Assembly: GCA_963675755.2 (NCBI GenBank)
Contig: CAXXMD010000003.1
Location: 1,248,001 to 1,312,000, forward strand
Reading direction: 5' to 3'
DNA from: a bacterium
Lineage (GTDB): Bacteria > Zhuqueibacterota > Zhuqueibacteria > Residuimicrobiales > Krinioviventaceae
DNA length: 64,000 nucleotides
The position numbers and the translations under genes were made by a program. The notes under the pieces were generated by a model that did no database searches, had not been told where the DNA came from, and worked only from the letters and a program-made list of their open reading frames with translations. Shown piece after piece: positions 52,376 through 61,478 of the stretch (the stretch's first letter is position 1; every line of letters begins with the position of its first letter).

Positions 52376-53056
52376 ATGAGAAAACTCCTCCGTTGTACTG
52401 CAATTTCAGCACTGGTATTCATGTTTCTGGCTGCAGGATGCAGTAACCAGGTTGCGTTAAACAAAAATACGTTACAAAAAGAACAAACTGTTTCTATAAA
52501 ATTAACAACAGGCCAGACTGTTAATGGTCTGATTCAATCAGTAAACGAGCAAACCGTATCTGTATTTAATCCGGAATCTCGTACCAGCACAGATGTACAA
52601 AAAAGCCAGATTGCTGAAATCAGCGGCCCTCAGCCCTATTACGATGCAAAACAGGCTTTAATAAGCGAAAAAGAAATTGATGCCGTTAAAACAAACAAGA
52701 AATTCTGGACATATACTTTGAGCGGCGGCCTGGTATCCGCAGGCGCAAGCTTTTTTCTAAGCAGTATGATTGCTAAATCCTCCAGTGATGATATAGAAGA
52801 TCCCATCATTCTTTCTGGCACCGCGGCTGGCACTGTTCTTGGCGCCTGGTTATTTTCCCGTGTTGGCAGCAAAAAAGACAAACTCGATGCGGTTGACAGC
52901 ATTCGCCTGGCAAGAGCGGGTAAAAGCCTGAACGGCGTTGAAGAAGAAATTGAAAAACAAAAACGTGTCCAGATGGAATTGGAAAAATTGAAAAAAGAAC
53001 GTGAGGACCAGGAAGCAGAAATAGAAAAATTACGCAAAAAGGTTGAGGAAAAATAA
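52376..53056 (+). CDS. Hypothetical lipoprotein with two hydrophobic segments and a C-terminal coiled coil
   Basis: Lipobox LAAGC; good RBS AAGGAG. Confidence 0.65.
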   Translation: MRKLLRCTAISALVFMFLAAGCSNQVALNKNTLQKEQTVSIKLTTGQTVNGLIQSVNEQTVSVFNPESRTSTDVQKSQIAEISGPQPYYDAKQALISEKEIDAVKTNKKFWTYTLSGGLVSAGASFFLSSMIAKSSSDDIEDPIILSGTAAGTVLGAWLFSRVGSKKDKLDAVDSIRLARAGKSLNGVEEEIEKQKRVQMELEKLKKEREDQEAEIEKLRKKVEEK

Positions 53057-53882
53057 AACGAACCAAGCCGAAACCCTGAACCGACACATTCAAAATGCAT
53101 GTGCCTATATAAAACCTTTTCAACAAAACTATCCGAAAACCGGTCTCATAATTGGGTCCGGTTTAGGACGTTTAACAGATATCGTGAATGTTTCTGCCAA
53201 AATTCCATATAGAGACATTCCCCATTTTCCTGAATCCAGCGTTTCTTTTCATGCATCACAATGGCTGCATGGTGAAATCAACAATGTTCCAATAATTGTC
53301 ATGAATGGCCGCTATCATTACTACGAAGGCCTGACCATGCGGCAAATCACACTGCCAATTCGCGTTATGAAAAATTTGGGTATTGAAAATCTGATCATTA
53401 CTCACGCCGCGGGTAGTATCAATCCATCTTTAAAACCCGGTACACTGGCGGTGGTCACAGACCATATCAATTTGATGGGAGACAATCCCTTAATTGGAGC
53501 ATATGATACATTTATGGGCGAACGTTTTACGGATATGAGTGACGCCTATTCGCCCAAGCTCTTGAAAAAAACTTTATCCAGCAGTGATGTTGCAATTCCT
53601 AAAACCATTTTTGCCGGTCTTTCAGGACCTTCACTGCCATCGAATGCAGAAATATCTGCATTGCAAAAATTTGGAATAGATACAATTGGCATGTCTGTTG
53701 TACCAGAAGTGCTCACAGCACGGCAATTAAACATGAATGTGATAACGCTAACAGCCGTAACCGACCAGACATTGCCCGGAACACTTTTACAAAAAGTAGA
53801 TAAAAAAATGGTATCCCAAAACGCTCAAAAGCTTGTTAAACAACTTTCTGCGTTAATCGGGAAATTATTAAAAATTATATAA
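53043..53882 (+). CDS. Trimeric purine-nucleoside phosphorylase homologue with altered base-binding site
   Basis: IGSGLG, GRYHYYEG, DHIN, GMS.VPE present; GPSLPSNAE replaces GPx[FY]ETxAE. Confidence 0.8.
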   Translation: MRKNKTNQAETLNRHIQNACAYIKPFQQNYPKTGLIIGSGLGRLTDIVNVSAKIPYRDIPHFPESSVSFHASQWLHGEINNVPIIVMNGRYHYYEGLTMRQITLPIRVMKNLGIENLIITHAAGSINPSLKPGTLAVVTDHINLMGDNPLIGAYDTFMGERFTDMSDAYSPKLLKKTLSSSDVAIPKTIFAGLSGPSLPSNAEISALQKFGIDTIGMSVVPEVLTARQLNMNVITLTAVTDQTLPGTLLQKVDKKMVSQNAQKLVKQLSALIGKLLKII

Positions 53883-53893
53883 TGGACTGAAAA

Positions 53894-54757
53894 ATGTCAA
53901 AAATTGGAATTATCGGCGGTACCGGGCTCTATGATATTGAGGGTCTGAAAATCACCCAAGAAGTAGAAATTGACACCCCGTTCGGCAAACCTTCGGATGC
54001 CCTTCGAGTAGGTGAATTGGAAGGCAGAGAGGTAATCTTTTTGGCCCGTCATGGCAGAGGACACCGAATTTTACCCACAGAATTGAATTACAAGGCAAAT
54101 ATCTTTGCCATGAAAAGAATGGATGTGAAATGGATCATCTCCGTTTCTGCAGTGGGTTCTCTCAGACCGGACTATAAGCCGCAGGATGTTGTTATTATCG
54201 ATCAGTTTTTTGATCGTACCAATCAGGGCAGACAAAATACGTTTTTTGGCGAGGGTATTGTTTCGCACATCCAATTTGCCAAGCCCTTGTGTAATACACT
54301 GGGCAAGGTTTTACTGGATGCAGGAAACGAGTCCGGTGCGACTACTCATTATGGTGGTACATATATCAACATAGAAGGACCTGCTTTTTCAACGTTAGCA
54401 GAGTCGCAAACGTATCGTAAATGGGGCATGGATGTTGTAGGTATGACCCAAATTAACGAGGCAAAACTTGCCCGCGAAGCTGAAATCTGTTACGCAACCC
54501 TGGCAATGATAACCGACTATGACTGCTGGTATGAAGAAGAAACCGGCTCAACAGTTTCAGTCGATATGATTATGGAATACCTGAAACACAATGTAGATAT
54601 TTCCAGAAAAATCATTAAAGAAGCAGTAAAAAACATGCCAAAAGAACAGAATTGCAGCTGCTCAAACGCACTGGCCAATTCATTTATTACGCCAAAGGAA
54701 CTCTGGCCCACAGAAACCGTTAATAAACTTGAGCCTATACTGAAAAAATATTTATAA
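53894..54757 (+). CDS. mtnP: S-methyl-5'-thioadenosine phosphorylase
   Basis: IGIIGGTG, TPFGKPS, ARHG..H, EGPAFST.AES, ITDYDCW. Confidence 0.93.
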   Translation: MSKIGIIGGTGLYDIEGLKITQEVEIDTPFGKPSDALRVGELEGREVIFLARHGRGHRILPTELNYKANIFAMKRMDVKWIISVSAVGSLRPDYKPQDVVIIDQFFDRTNQGRQNTFFGEGIVSHIQFAKPLCNTLGKVLLDAGNESGATTHYGGTYINIEGPAFSTLAESQTYRKWGMDVVGMTQINEAKLAREAEICYATLAMITDYDCWYEEETGSTVSVDMIMEYLKHNVDISRKIIKEAVKNMPKEQNCSCSNALANSFITPKELWPTETVNKLEPILKKYL

Positions 54758-54784
54758 AAACAATCAAGGAACAGAGAGCTTATT

Positions 54785-57700
54785 ATGTTTAAAGAAGTGT
54801 CATCCAGAATCGATTTTCCGAAAATGGAAAAAGAAATTCGGGAATTTTGGGAAAAAGAAAACATTTTTGTACGCAGCATTGAAGAAAGAGATGAAAACAA
54901 TGCCTATGTCTTTTTTGAAGGACCTCCAACAGCAAACGGACGCCCCGGTATTCACCATGTTATTTCAAGATCGGTTAAGGATTGTGTTTGTCGCTTGAAA
55001 ACCATGCAGGGTTACCGTGTGGAAAGAAAAGCAGGTTGGGATACTCACGGACTTCCGGTTGAAATTGAAGTTGAAAAACAGCTCGGTATTGATCGCAAAG
55101 ATGAAGTTATTGACTTTGGTGTTGGTGCATTTAATCAAAAATGTAGAGCCAGTGTTTGGAATTATAAACAAGATTGGGATGAATTAACCCGCAGAATGGC
55201 CTATTGGGTTGATCTGGATGATCCGTATATCACCTATACCAATGATTATATTGAAACCGTCTGGTGGATTCTCAAAGAATTCTGGAAAAAAGACATGCTG
55301 TACCTGGGATACAAGATTTTACCTTATTGTCCCCATTGCGAAACTCCGCTCTCCAGTCACGAAGTATCACAGGGATACAAAGAAGTTGATGATCCATCTG
55401 TTTTTGTAAAGGCAAAAATAAAAAACCAGGACAATACATCCATTCTGGTATGGACCACAACTCCCTGGACGCTGATCTCCAACGTTGCCCTGGCCCTGCA
55501 TCCCGATGTGGAATATGTCAAGGTTAAACACAATGATGAATTCCTCATTCTTGCTCGTGAACGCCTGTTGGTTCTGGAAGGCGATTACGAAATCGTAGAG
55601 GAGTACAAAGGCGCTGATCTGAAAGGCATTGATTATGAACCTTTCTTTGATTTTATTGAACCTGAAAAACGCGCCCATTTTACCATTATGGCCGATTTTG
55701 TAACCACCACTGATGGTTCCGGCATTGTACATATTGCCCCTGCTTTTGGTGAAGACGATTACCAGGTGGGCTTGAAAAACGATCTGCCGGTCATCCATCC
55801 CGTTGACAAGAGCGGTAAATTTATCAACGATGTAACCGAATGGGCCGGTGTGTTTGTCAAAGATGCGGACAAGAGCATTATCCGGAATCTAAAAGAGCGA
55901 AACATTCTCTATCGTACAGAAAAAATCACTCACAGTTACCCACACTGCTGGCGCTGTGATTCTCCATTGCTCTATTACGCGCGTAAATCGTGGTATATTC
56001 GCACAACCGCGATTAAAGATAGATTGATTGCAAACAATAAAAAGATCAACTGGTTCCCCAAAGAAGTAGGGGCCGGACGTTTTGGCGAATGGCTTGAAAA
56101 CAATATCGACTGGGCACTGTCACGAGACCGCTTTTGGGGCACTCCCCTGCCGGTTTGGCGCTGTAACGATTGTGATCATATGGACTGTATTGGCAGCGTT
56201 GAAGAGTTGATTGAAAAAGCACCCGGTACGGATAAAGAAATAGATCTGCACAAACCCCACATTGACGATGTAACCTGGGCTTGTGAAAAGTGCGGCAGCA
56301 AAATGGTACGCGTGCCCGAAGTAATCGACTGCTGGTTCGATTCAGGCAGCATGCCCTACGCGCAATGGCACTATCCCTTTGAAAACAAGGAAAAATTTGA
56401 AAAAAGTTTTCCCGCGGATTTTATTTCCGAAGGTGTAGACCAGACCCGCGGTTGGTTCTATTCTCTGCTGGCAATCAGTACCTTTTTGTTTGATGAACCG
56501 GCTTATAAATCCTGTATTTCTCTTGAATTGATTCTGGATAAAGACGGACAAAAAATGTCAAAATCCCGTGGTAACGCGGTGGATCCGTTCCAGGTCATGG
56601 ATAAATACGGTACTGATGCCCTGCGCTGGTACCTGATGACAGTGAGTCCCCCCTGGCTGCCTACCCGTTTTGATGAAGACGGTGTAAACGAGGTAAGCCG
56701 GAAACTGTTGGGCACACTGCTTAATACCTATTCATTCTTTGTCATGTATGCCAATATTGATAATTTTGTATATAATACAGCCGAACGAATTCCTGTACAG
56801 GACCGTGCGGAAATTGACAGATGGATCAGCTCAAAGCTTGCTACCCTGGTCAAAACCGTGAATACAAATCTTGAAAAGTTTGATCTGACCAAAGCGGCAC
56901 GCGCCATTTCTGAATTCATGATTGATGATCTGTCAAACTGGTACGTGCGTCGTTGTCGCCGCCGGTTCTGGAAATCGGAAATGGGTCACGACAAGCTGTC
57001 CGCTTTTCAAACCCTGTACGAATCCATGCTGACTGTGGTTAAAATGCTGGCACCTTTTGCCCCCTATATTTCAGAAGAGCTATACCGGGACCTGACTACG
57101 GGACAACAGGTAGAGAGCTGCGACAGTGTTCACCTCTGCATGTTCCCGAAAACCGGTGAAGCTCCTGCCGAGTATACGGATGAAGTACTTGAATCCAGCA
57201 TGGATCTGGTACGCCGGATTGTAAATATGGGCCGCGCATTGCGTAACGAAACCGCTATCAAGGTAAGACAACCGCTTTCGGCATTGCTGTGTGTAGCAGA
57301 ATCCGATAAACGTCGTGACGCCATTAACAGTATGAAAAACCTCATTCTTGAGGAACTGAATGTAAAAGAAATTAAATTTGTTGATGACGCGTCTCAATTG
57401 CTGTCTAAAAAAGCTCAGCCGATTTTCAAAAATCTGGGTCCCAAATTCGGCAAAGCCGTCAACAGCGCGGCAGAAGCCATTCGCAGTTTTGGTGATACAG
57501 AAATTGATCGCATTCTGAAAAACGGCGGTGAACGCCTGGTTGTAGACGGTCACGAAGCCATCTTGACTGAAGAAGATATAAAGATCGAGACTGAGAATAA
57601 AGAAGGCCTGGTTGCAGATACAGAAGGCGATCTGACCCTGGCACTTGAAACCACCATTACAGAAGAACTGATGTATGAAGGTTTGGCCCGCGAGTTTGTG

Positions 57701-57928
57701 AACCGTGTACAGAATATGCGTAAAGATGCAGGATTTGAAGTAACAGACCGAATCAGCATTACCGCGCAGGCGTCACCCAACATGTGCACTGCCATTAAAA
57801 ATCTCAACGATTATATCACAAACGAAACCCTGGCAGATTCAATTGATCTTGGCAAGGTTGAAGGTACCGTTACCAAAGACTGGAAGATTGGTGATGAAAT
57901 CGTTTCAATCGGAGTTACCAAACAATAG
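54785..57928 (+). CDS. ileS: Isoleucine-tRNA ligase, type 2
   Basis: EGPPTANGRPGIHH, GWDTHGLP, WTTTPWTL, DQTRGWF, KMSKS; IleRS2-type C-terminus. Confidence 0.97.
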   Translation: MFKEVSSRIDFPKMEKEIREFWEKENIFVRSIEERDENNAYVFFEGPPTANGRPGIHHVISRSVKDCVCRLKTMQGYRVERKAGWDTHGLPVEIEVEKQLGIDRKDEVIDFGVGAFNQKCRASVWNYKQDWDELTRRMAYWVDLDDPYITYTNDYIETVWWILKEFWKKDMLYLGYKILPYCPHCETPLSSHEVSQGYKEVDDPSVFVKAKIKNQDNTSILVWTTTPWTLISNVALALHPDVEYVKVKHNDEFLILARERLLVLEGDYEIVEEYKGADLKGIDYEPFFDFIEPEKRAHFTIMADFVTTTDGSGIVHIAPAFGEDDYQVGLKNDLPVIHPVDKSGKFINDVTEWAGVFVKDADKSIIRNLKERNILYRTEKITHSYPHCWRCDSPLLYYARKSWYIRTTAIKDRLIANNKKINWFPKEVGAGRFGEWLENNIDWALSRDRFWGTPLPVWRCNDCDHMDCIGSVEELIEKAPGTDKEIDLHKPHIDDVTWACEKCGSKMVRVPEVIDCWFDSGSMPYAQWHYPFENKEKFEKSFPADFISEGVDQTRGWFYSLLAISTFLFDEPAYKSCISLELILDKDGQKMSKSRGNAVDPFQVMDKYGTDALRWYLMTVSPPWLPTRFDEDGVNEVSRKLLGTLLNTYSFFVMYANIDNFVYNTAERIPVQDRAEIDRWISSKLATLVKTVNTNLEKFDLTKAARAISEFMIDDLSNWYVRRCRRRFWKSEMGHDKLSAFQTLYESMLTVVKMLAPFAPYISEELYRDLTTGQQVESCDSVHLCMFPKTGEAPAEYTDEVLESSMDLVRRIVNMGRALRNETAIKVRQPLSALLCVAESDKRRDAINSMKNLILEELNVKEIKFVDDASQLLSKKAQPIFKNLGPKFGKAVNSAAEAIRSFGDTEIDRILKNGGERLVVDGHEAILTEEDIKIETENKEGLVADTEGDLTLALETTITEELMYEGLAREFVNRVQNMRKDAGFEVTDRISITAQASPNMCTAIKNLNDYITNETLADSIDLGKVEGTVTKDWKIGDEIVSIGVTKQ

Positions 57929-57960
57929 CAGGCCCTGCCCGCTGAAAAAACGAGAGGTTT

Positions 57961-58509
57961 ATGAAAGCATTAAAAATATTATGGATTTCCATAGCGCTTT
58001 TTATTGTAGATCAGATCACTAAATATATCATAAAGACCGGCATGGACCTTCACCAGTCCATACCGGTATGGGGTGATTTTTTTAAAATTACGTATGTAGA
58101 AAACACAGGCATGGCCTTTGGCATTAGCCTGGGTAACAATATGGTACTGACCGGACTGGCATCCGCTGCAAGCGTAGCCATTCTGGTATATTTCTTTATC
58201 ATGAAAGGCGAGCACCTGATCGCCCGGCTGTCTATGGCCATCATCTTTGGCGGCGCATTGGGCAACCTGTTTGATCGTATAACCCGTCACAGTGTAGTGG
58301 ATTTTCTGGATTTCGAGTTTTTTGATATTCTTATACCCAAATTCGACTTTTTGTTCATCCACTTTCCCGGTTACAGCATGACCCGCTGGCCGGTTTTCAA
58401 CGTAGCTGACATTGCCGTCTCGGTGGGAATGGTGATGCTGCTCATCTTTATCGCTTTTGACAAAGAGCATGAAGAAACACCTGAAATTGTAGAACAACAA
58501 GAAGCATAA
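57961..58509 (+). CDS. lspA: Lipoprotein signal peptidase II
   Basis: DQITK, NTGMAFG, GGALGNLFDR, VVDF, WPVFNVAD. Confidence 0.95.
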   Translation: MKALKILWISIALFIVDQITKYIIKTGMDLHQSIPVWGDFFKITYVENTGMAFGISLGNNMVLTGLASAASVAILVYFFIMKGEHLIARLSMAIIFGGALGNLFDRITRHSVVDFLDFEFFDILIPKFDFLFIHFPGYSMTRWPVFNVADIAVSVGMVMLLIFIAFDKEHEETPEIVEQQEA

Positions 58510-58547
58510 AAAAAGCCGGTGAGAGTATCACCGGCTTTTTTGTTTAG
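58279..58547 (+). repeat. Repeat A copy 1: lspA 3' end plus terminator (269 bp)
   Basis: Direct repeat of 61102-61370. Confidence 0.95.
58509..58541 (+). terminator. lspA terminator
   Basis: AAAAAAGCCGGTGA-gagta-TCACCGGCTTTTTT. Confidence 0.88.
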
Positions 58548-58577
58548 ATATTTTCATTTGATACTATCAATTTGTCC

Positions 58578-58606
58578 TTGCCTTGTAATACATTAATTTT
58601 TATCTT
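58578..58606 (+). promoter_or_regulatory. Putative promoter TTGCCT-N17-TATCTT for cassette gene 1
   Basis: Matches the window-wide motif; lies just inside the variable segment. Confidence 0.5.
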
Positions 58607-58661
58607 GATTTATATAATGGGGACGACGCTGATTCTGGAATAACACAATCGGGGTGTAAAC

Positions 58662-60863
58662 ATGATTAAATCATTAAAATTAAATATTTATAATATTATC
58701 ATAATTATTGCAACAGGATTAAACGCGCAAACCTGGGAAACCTATACCAGCAATAATGACGTGCAGGATCTCTGCTGTGTTGGAGATTACTGCTGGGTGG
58801 CAACCACCGGAGGGGTAGTCAGAGTCAATATACATGATTTCAGTTTTGAAGAATTTGACATTGATGATGGGTTGGTAAAAAACAATACTACCGCTATAAC
58901 AATTAAAAATAATGAGGTTTGGGCAGCATCTTATCAAAATGGAATTTCAATTTATGATGGAAATACCTGGCAAGTACTCGAGATAGATGACTGTGATCTG
59001 GTTGGACAAATTATAAACTGTATTAATACTAATGATGATAATATCTGGGTTGGTACCCGAAACGGTGTTTATGTGCATGCCGAATCAACCTGGACTCACT
59101 ATTCAGAATCAAACTCACCTCTGATAGATGATGTTGTAAATTCTATTGCAATTGATCAACAAGGCAAAATCTGGATAGGTACAGACAATGGAATATCTGT
59201 TTATGATAATGGCAACTGGGAAACCCATGGAAAAGGTATAGGAGCATTTGAACTGACTGTTGATCAGGATAACAATATTTGGATTGCAAGTGCAGATGCT
59301 GGTATATATATGTATAATCATTTACAATGGTTTAACTTTGATCATACAAATAGCATGTTAGATTATGGAACTTATCGTACAATTTATGCCTTTCAATTTA
59401 ATGAAAAAAATATTTGGATTGGTTCTTATTATGGGCATATTTATGAAATTTCCAAAACATTCGATTGGACCATGTATGATTCAACAAATAGTAATTTGCC
59501 AGTTAATTTACTAGATGTTCATGGGAATCGAATGCCAAGTCCGATTAACACTATTGAGCAAGATTCAAATGGTAATATGTGGGTTGGCTCTCAATATGGT
59601 TTATATCATTTCAATGGTTCAACCTGGAAACGAGTGAATATATCACAACATCTGCAAACAAATTTTGTTACTGCATTATTAACTGATAAAGAAGGAAATA
59701 TCTGGGTGGGTTCTTCACAACATGTTTTTCAAATAAAAGATAACAATTGGTACCATCATAATCCTTTTGAACCAAATCTTGATAGTCGGAATGTTATGGA
59801 TATGAACATGCATAACACTGGAAAAATCTGGTGTACAAATCCCGTCAAAGAAGGAGAGATTTCCGTGTTCGATGGCGAAACATGGACAAACTATAACAAA
59901 AACAACAGTCCATTAAATATGAATTGGATCAAATGTATTGGTGTTGATTTTGATGGGACAATTTGGCTGGGAAGCTATGCATATGGTTTGGCATGTCTCG
60001 ATGGTTCTGATTTTTCCCAATTGGGGGATCCTCCTTATTATTATAATGATATGGATATTACTGATATAGATATCGATAATAAAGGGTCAATATGGATTTG
60101 CACAAATTCTACTGGCTATAATTATAGAAGCAAGGGTTTGGTTAATTATAATAAAAAAGAGAATCTGTGGTCTTTTTATGACACCTCTAACAGCGGCATT
60201 GCTTCAAATTTCACCTACTCTTTAGCATTTGAAAATGATACAACTTTATGGGTAACAACTTTGAACGGTGTTTCACAATTTAATGGACATGATTGGATCA
60301 CATATAATACAGAAAATAGCGGCCTCATTTATAATTGGGTCATTTCCTGTACTATCGATCAAAAAGGACGCAAATGGTTCGGGACGTATGGTCATGGTGT
60401 TTCTATGTTGGATGGGGACACATGGACATCTTTTACCAAAGAAAACAGCATCTTGGTCCATGATCATATTTATGATATTGCAGTAGATCAGAATGGTAAG
60501 GTGTACTTTGCAACCAACGGTGGTCTTTCTGTATATAGTGAAACTGAAACCTTAATAGAAAAGAATGATATAGAATTCCCAAAATCAACCCGATTAATCT
60601 CAAGCTACCCCAATCCTTTCAATTCCAGTACCACAATCCAATATACGCTGGACAAACCGGGCCAAATAAAACTTAGCATATACAACATACACGGTCAAAA
60701 GGTGACAACATTGCTCAACAGTTATGAAACAGCAGGAGAGCATCGGTTAATGTGGGACGGTACAACGGATCGGGGTGAACCTGCTGCTTCGGGAATTTAT
60801 TTTATTAAATTAACACGAGATAAAGTAACCTCTGAATTAAAAAGAGTGCTGTTGTTGAAATAG
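58662..60863 (+). CDS. Secreted beta-propeller (two-component-regulator-propeller-like repeats) with FlgD-like T9SS CTD
   Basis: Many D..G.IW.GT..G.S.YDG..W..Y...NS.L repeats; C-terminal SYPNPFNSSTTI...GIYF. Confidence 0.85.
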   Translation: MIKSLKLNIYNIIIIIATGLNAQTWETYTSNNDVQDLCCVGDYCWVATTGGVVRVNIHDFSFEEFDIDDGLVKNNTTAITIKNNEVWAASYQNGISIYDGNTWQVLEIDDCDLVGQIINCINTNDDNIWVGTRNGVYVHAESTWTHYSESNSPLIDDVVNSIAIDQQGKIWIGTDNGISVYDNGNWETHGKGIGAFELTVDQDNNIWIASADAGIYMYNHLQWFNFDHTNSMLDYGTYRTIYAFQFNEKNIWIGSYYGHIYEISKTFDWTMYDSTNSNLPVNLLDVHGNRMPSPINTIEQDSNGNMWVGSQYGLYHFNGSTWKRVNISQHLQTNFVTALLTDKEGNIWVGSSQHVFQIKDNNWYHHNPFEPNLDSRNVMDMNMHNTGKIWCTNPVKEGEISVFDGETWTNYNKNNSPLNMNWIKCIGVDFDGTIWLGSYAYGLACLDGSDFSQLGDPPYYYNDMDITDIDIDNKGSIWICTNSTGYNYRSKGLVNYNKKENLWSFYDTSNSGIASNFTYSLAFENDTTLWVTTLNGVSQFNGHDWITYNTENSGLIYNWVISCTIDQKGRKWFGTYGHGVSMLDGDTWTSFTKENSILVHDHIYDIAVDQNGKVYFATNGGLSVYSETETLIEKNDIEFPKSTRLISSYPNPFNSSTTIQYTLDKPGQIKLSIYNIHGQKVTTLLNSYETAGEHRLMWDGTTDRGEPAASGIYFIKLTRDKVTSELKRVLLLK

Positions 60864-60882
60864 ATAGCTGGCTATAGGAAGC

Positions 60883-60916
60883 GATCGTGACGGAGATAAT
60901 CTCTGTCACGATCTTT
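60883..60916 (+). terminator. Hairpin / probable terminator after cassette gene 1
   Basis: GATCGTGACGGAGA-taa-TCTCTGTCACGATC-TTT; second copy at 63154-63187. Confidence 0.6.
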
Positions 60917-61070
60917 AATATAGAAAAATGCATCGCCATCAGAAGTAGGATTTATTTCGTTCTACCTGTAGATCCCATTTCAATAGGATTGTCCTCCGCC
61001 AGGTGGACTGTATCAAGAGTTAAAAAACGTGCCTTAACATGTTGAATAAACAGAACTTATCCAGACATAG

Positions 61071-61096
61071 CGTTCCCAAACAGGAGCTTGGGAACA
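61071..61096. repeat. REP-like palindrome, copy 1
   Basis: CGTTCCCAAAC-AGGA-GCTTGGGAACA. Confidence 0.55.
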
Positions 61097-61101
61097 AGTA
61101 T

Positions 61102-61370
61102 ATCACCCGTCACAGTGTAGTGGATTTTCTGGATTTCGAGTTTTTTGATATTCTTATACCCAAATTCGACTTTTTGTTCATCCACTTTCCCGGTTACAGC
61201 ATGACCCGCTGGCCGGTTTTCAACGTGGCTGACATTGCCGTCTCGGTGGGAATGGTCATGCTGCTCATCTTTATCGCTTTTGATAAAGAGCATGAAGAAA
61301 CGCCTGAAATCGTAGAACAACAAGAAGCATAAAAAAAGCCGGTGATAGTCTCACCGGCTTTTTTGTTTAG
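61102..61370 (+). pseudogene. lspA: Repeat A copy 2: 5'-truncated lspA fragment plus terminator
   Basis: Encodes the same C-terminal peptide (ITRHSVVDF...QQEA) as lspA but lacks the first 106 codons. Confidence 0.9.
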
Positions 61371-61478
61371 TAACATTATTTGAATATTAAAAAAAAATTA
61401 TTATTTTGAACATTACGGGGAGTTTTAAAAGGGATTTAAAATTTTTATTATACCCGGATAACGAATTACAGGATTACG

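Larger units (their letters stand above)
60605..61102 (+). repeat. Repeat B copy 1: CTD-coding sequence from YPNPFN plus about 240 bp trailer
   Basis: Direct repeat of 62876-63372. Confidence 0.95.

Noticed and set aside
61039-61332. 97-aa ORF as a functional second signal peptidase
   Set aside because: Its first 21 codons are trailer/REP sequence (the ATG is ATA in the other copy) and it lacks the N-terminal TM helices and the NxG and GNxxDR motifs; treated as a fragment.
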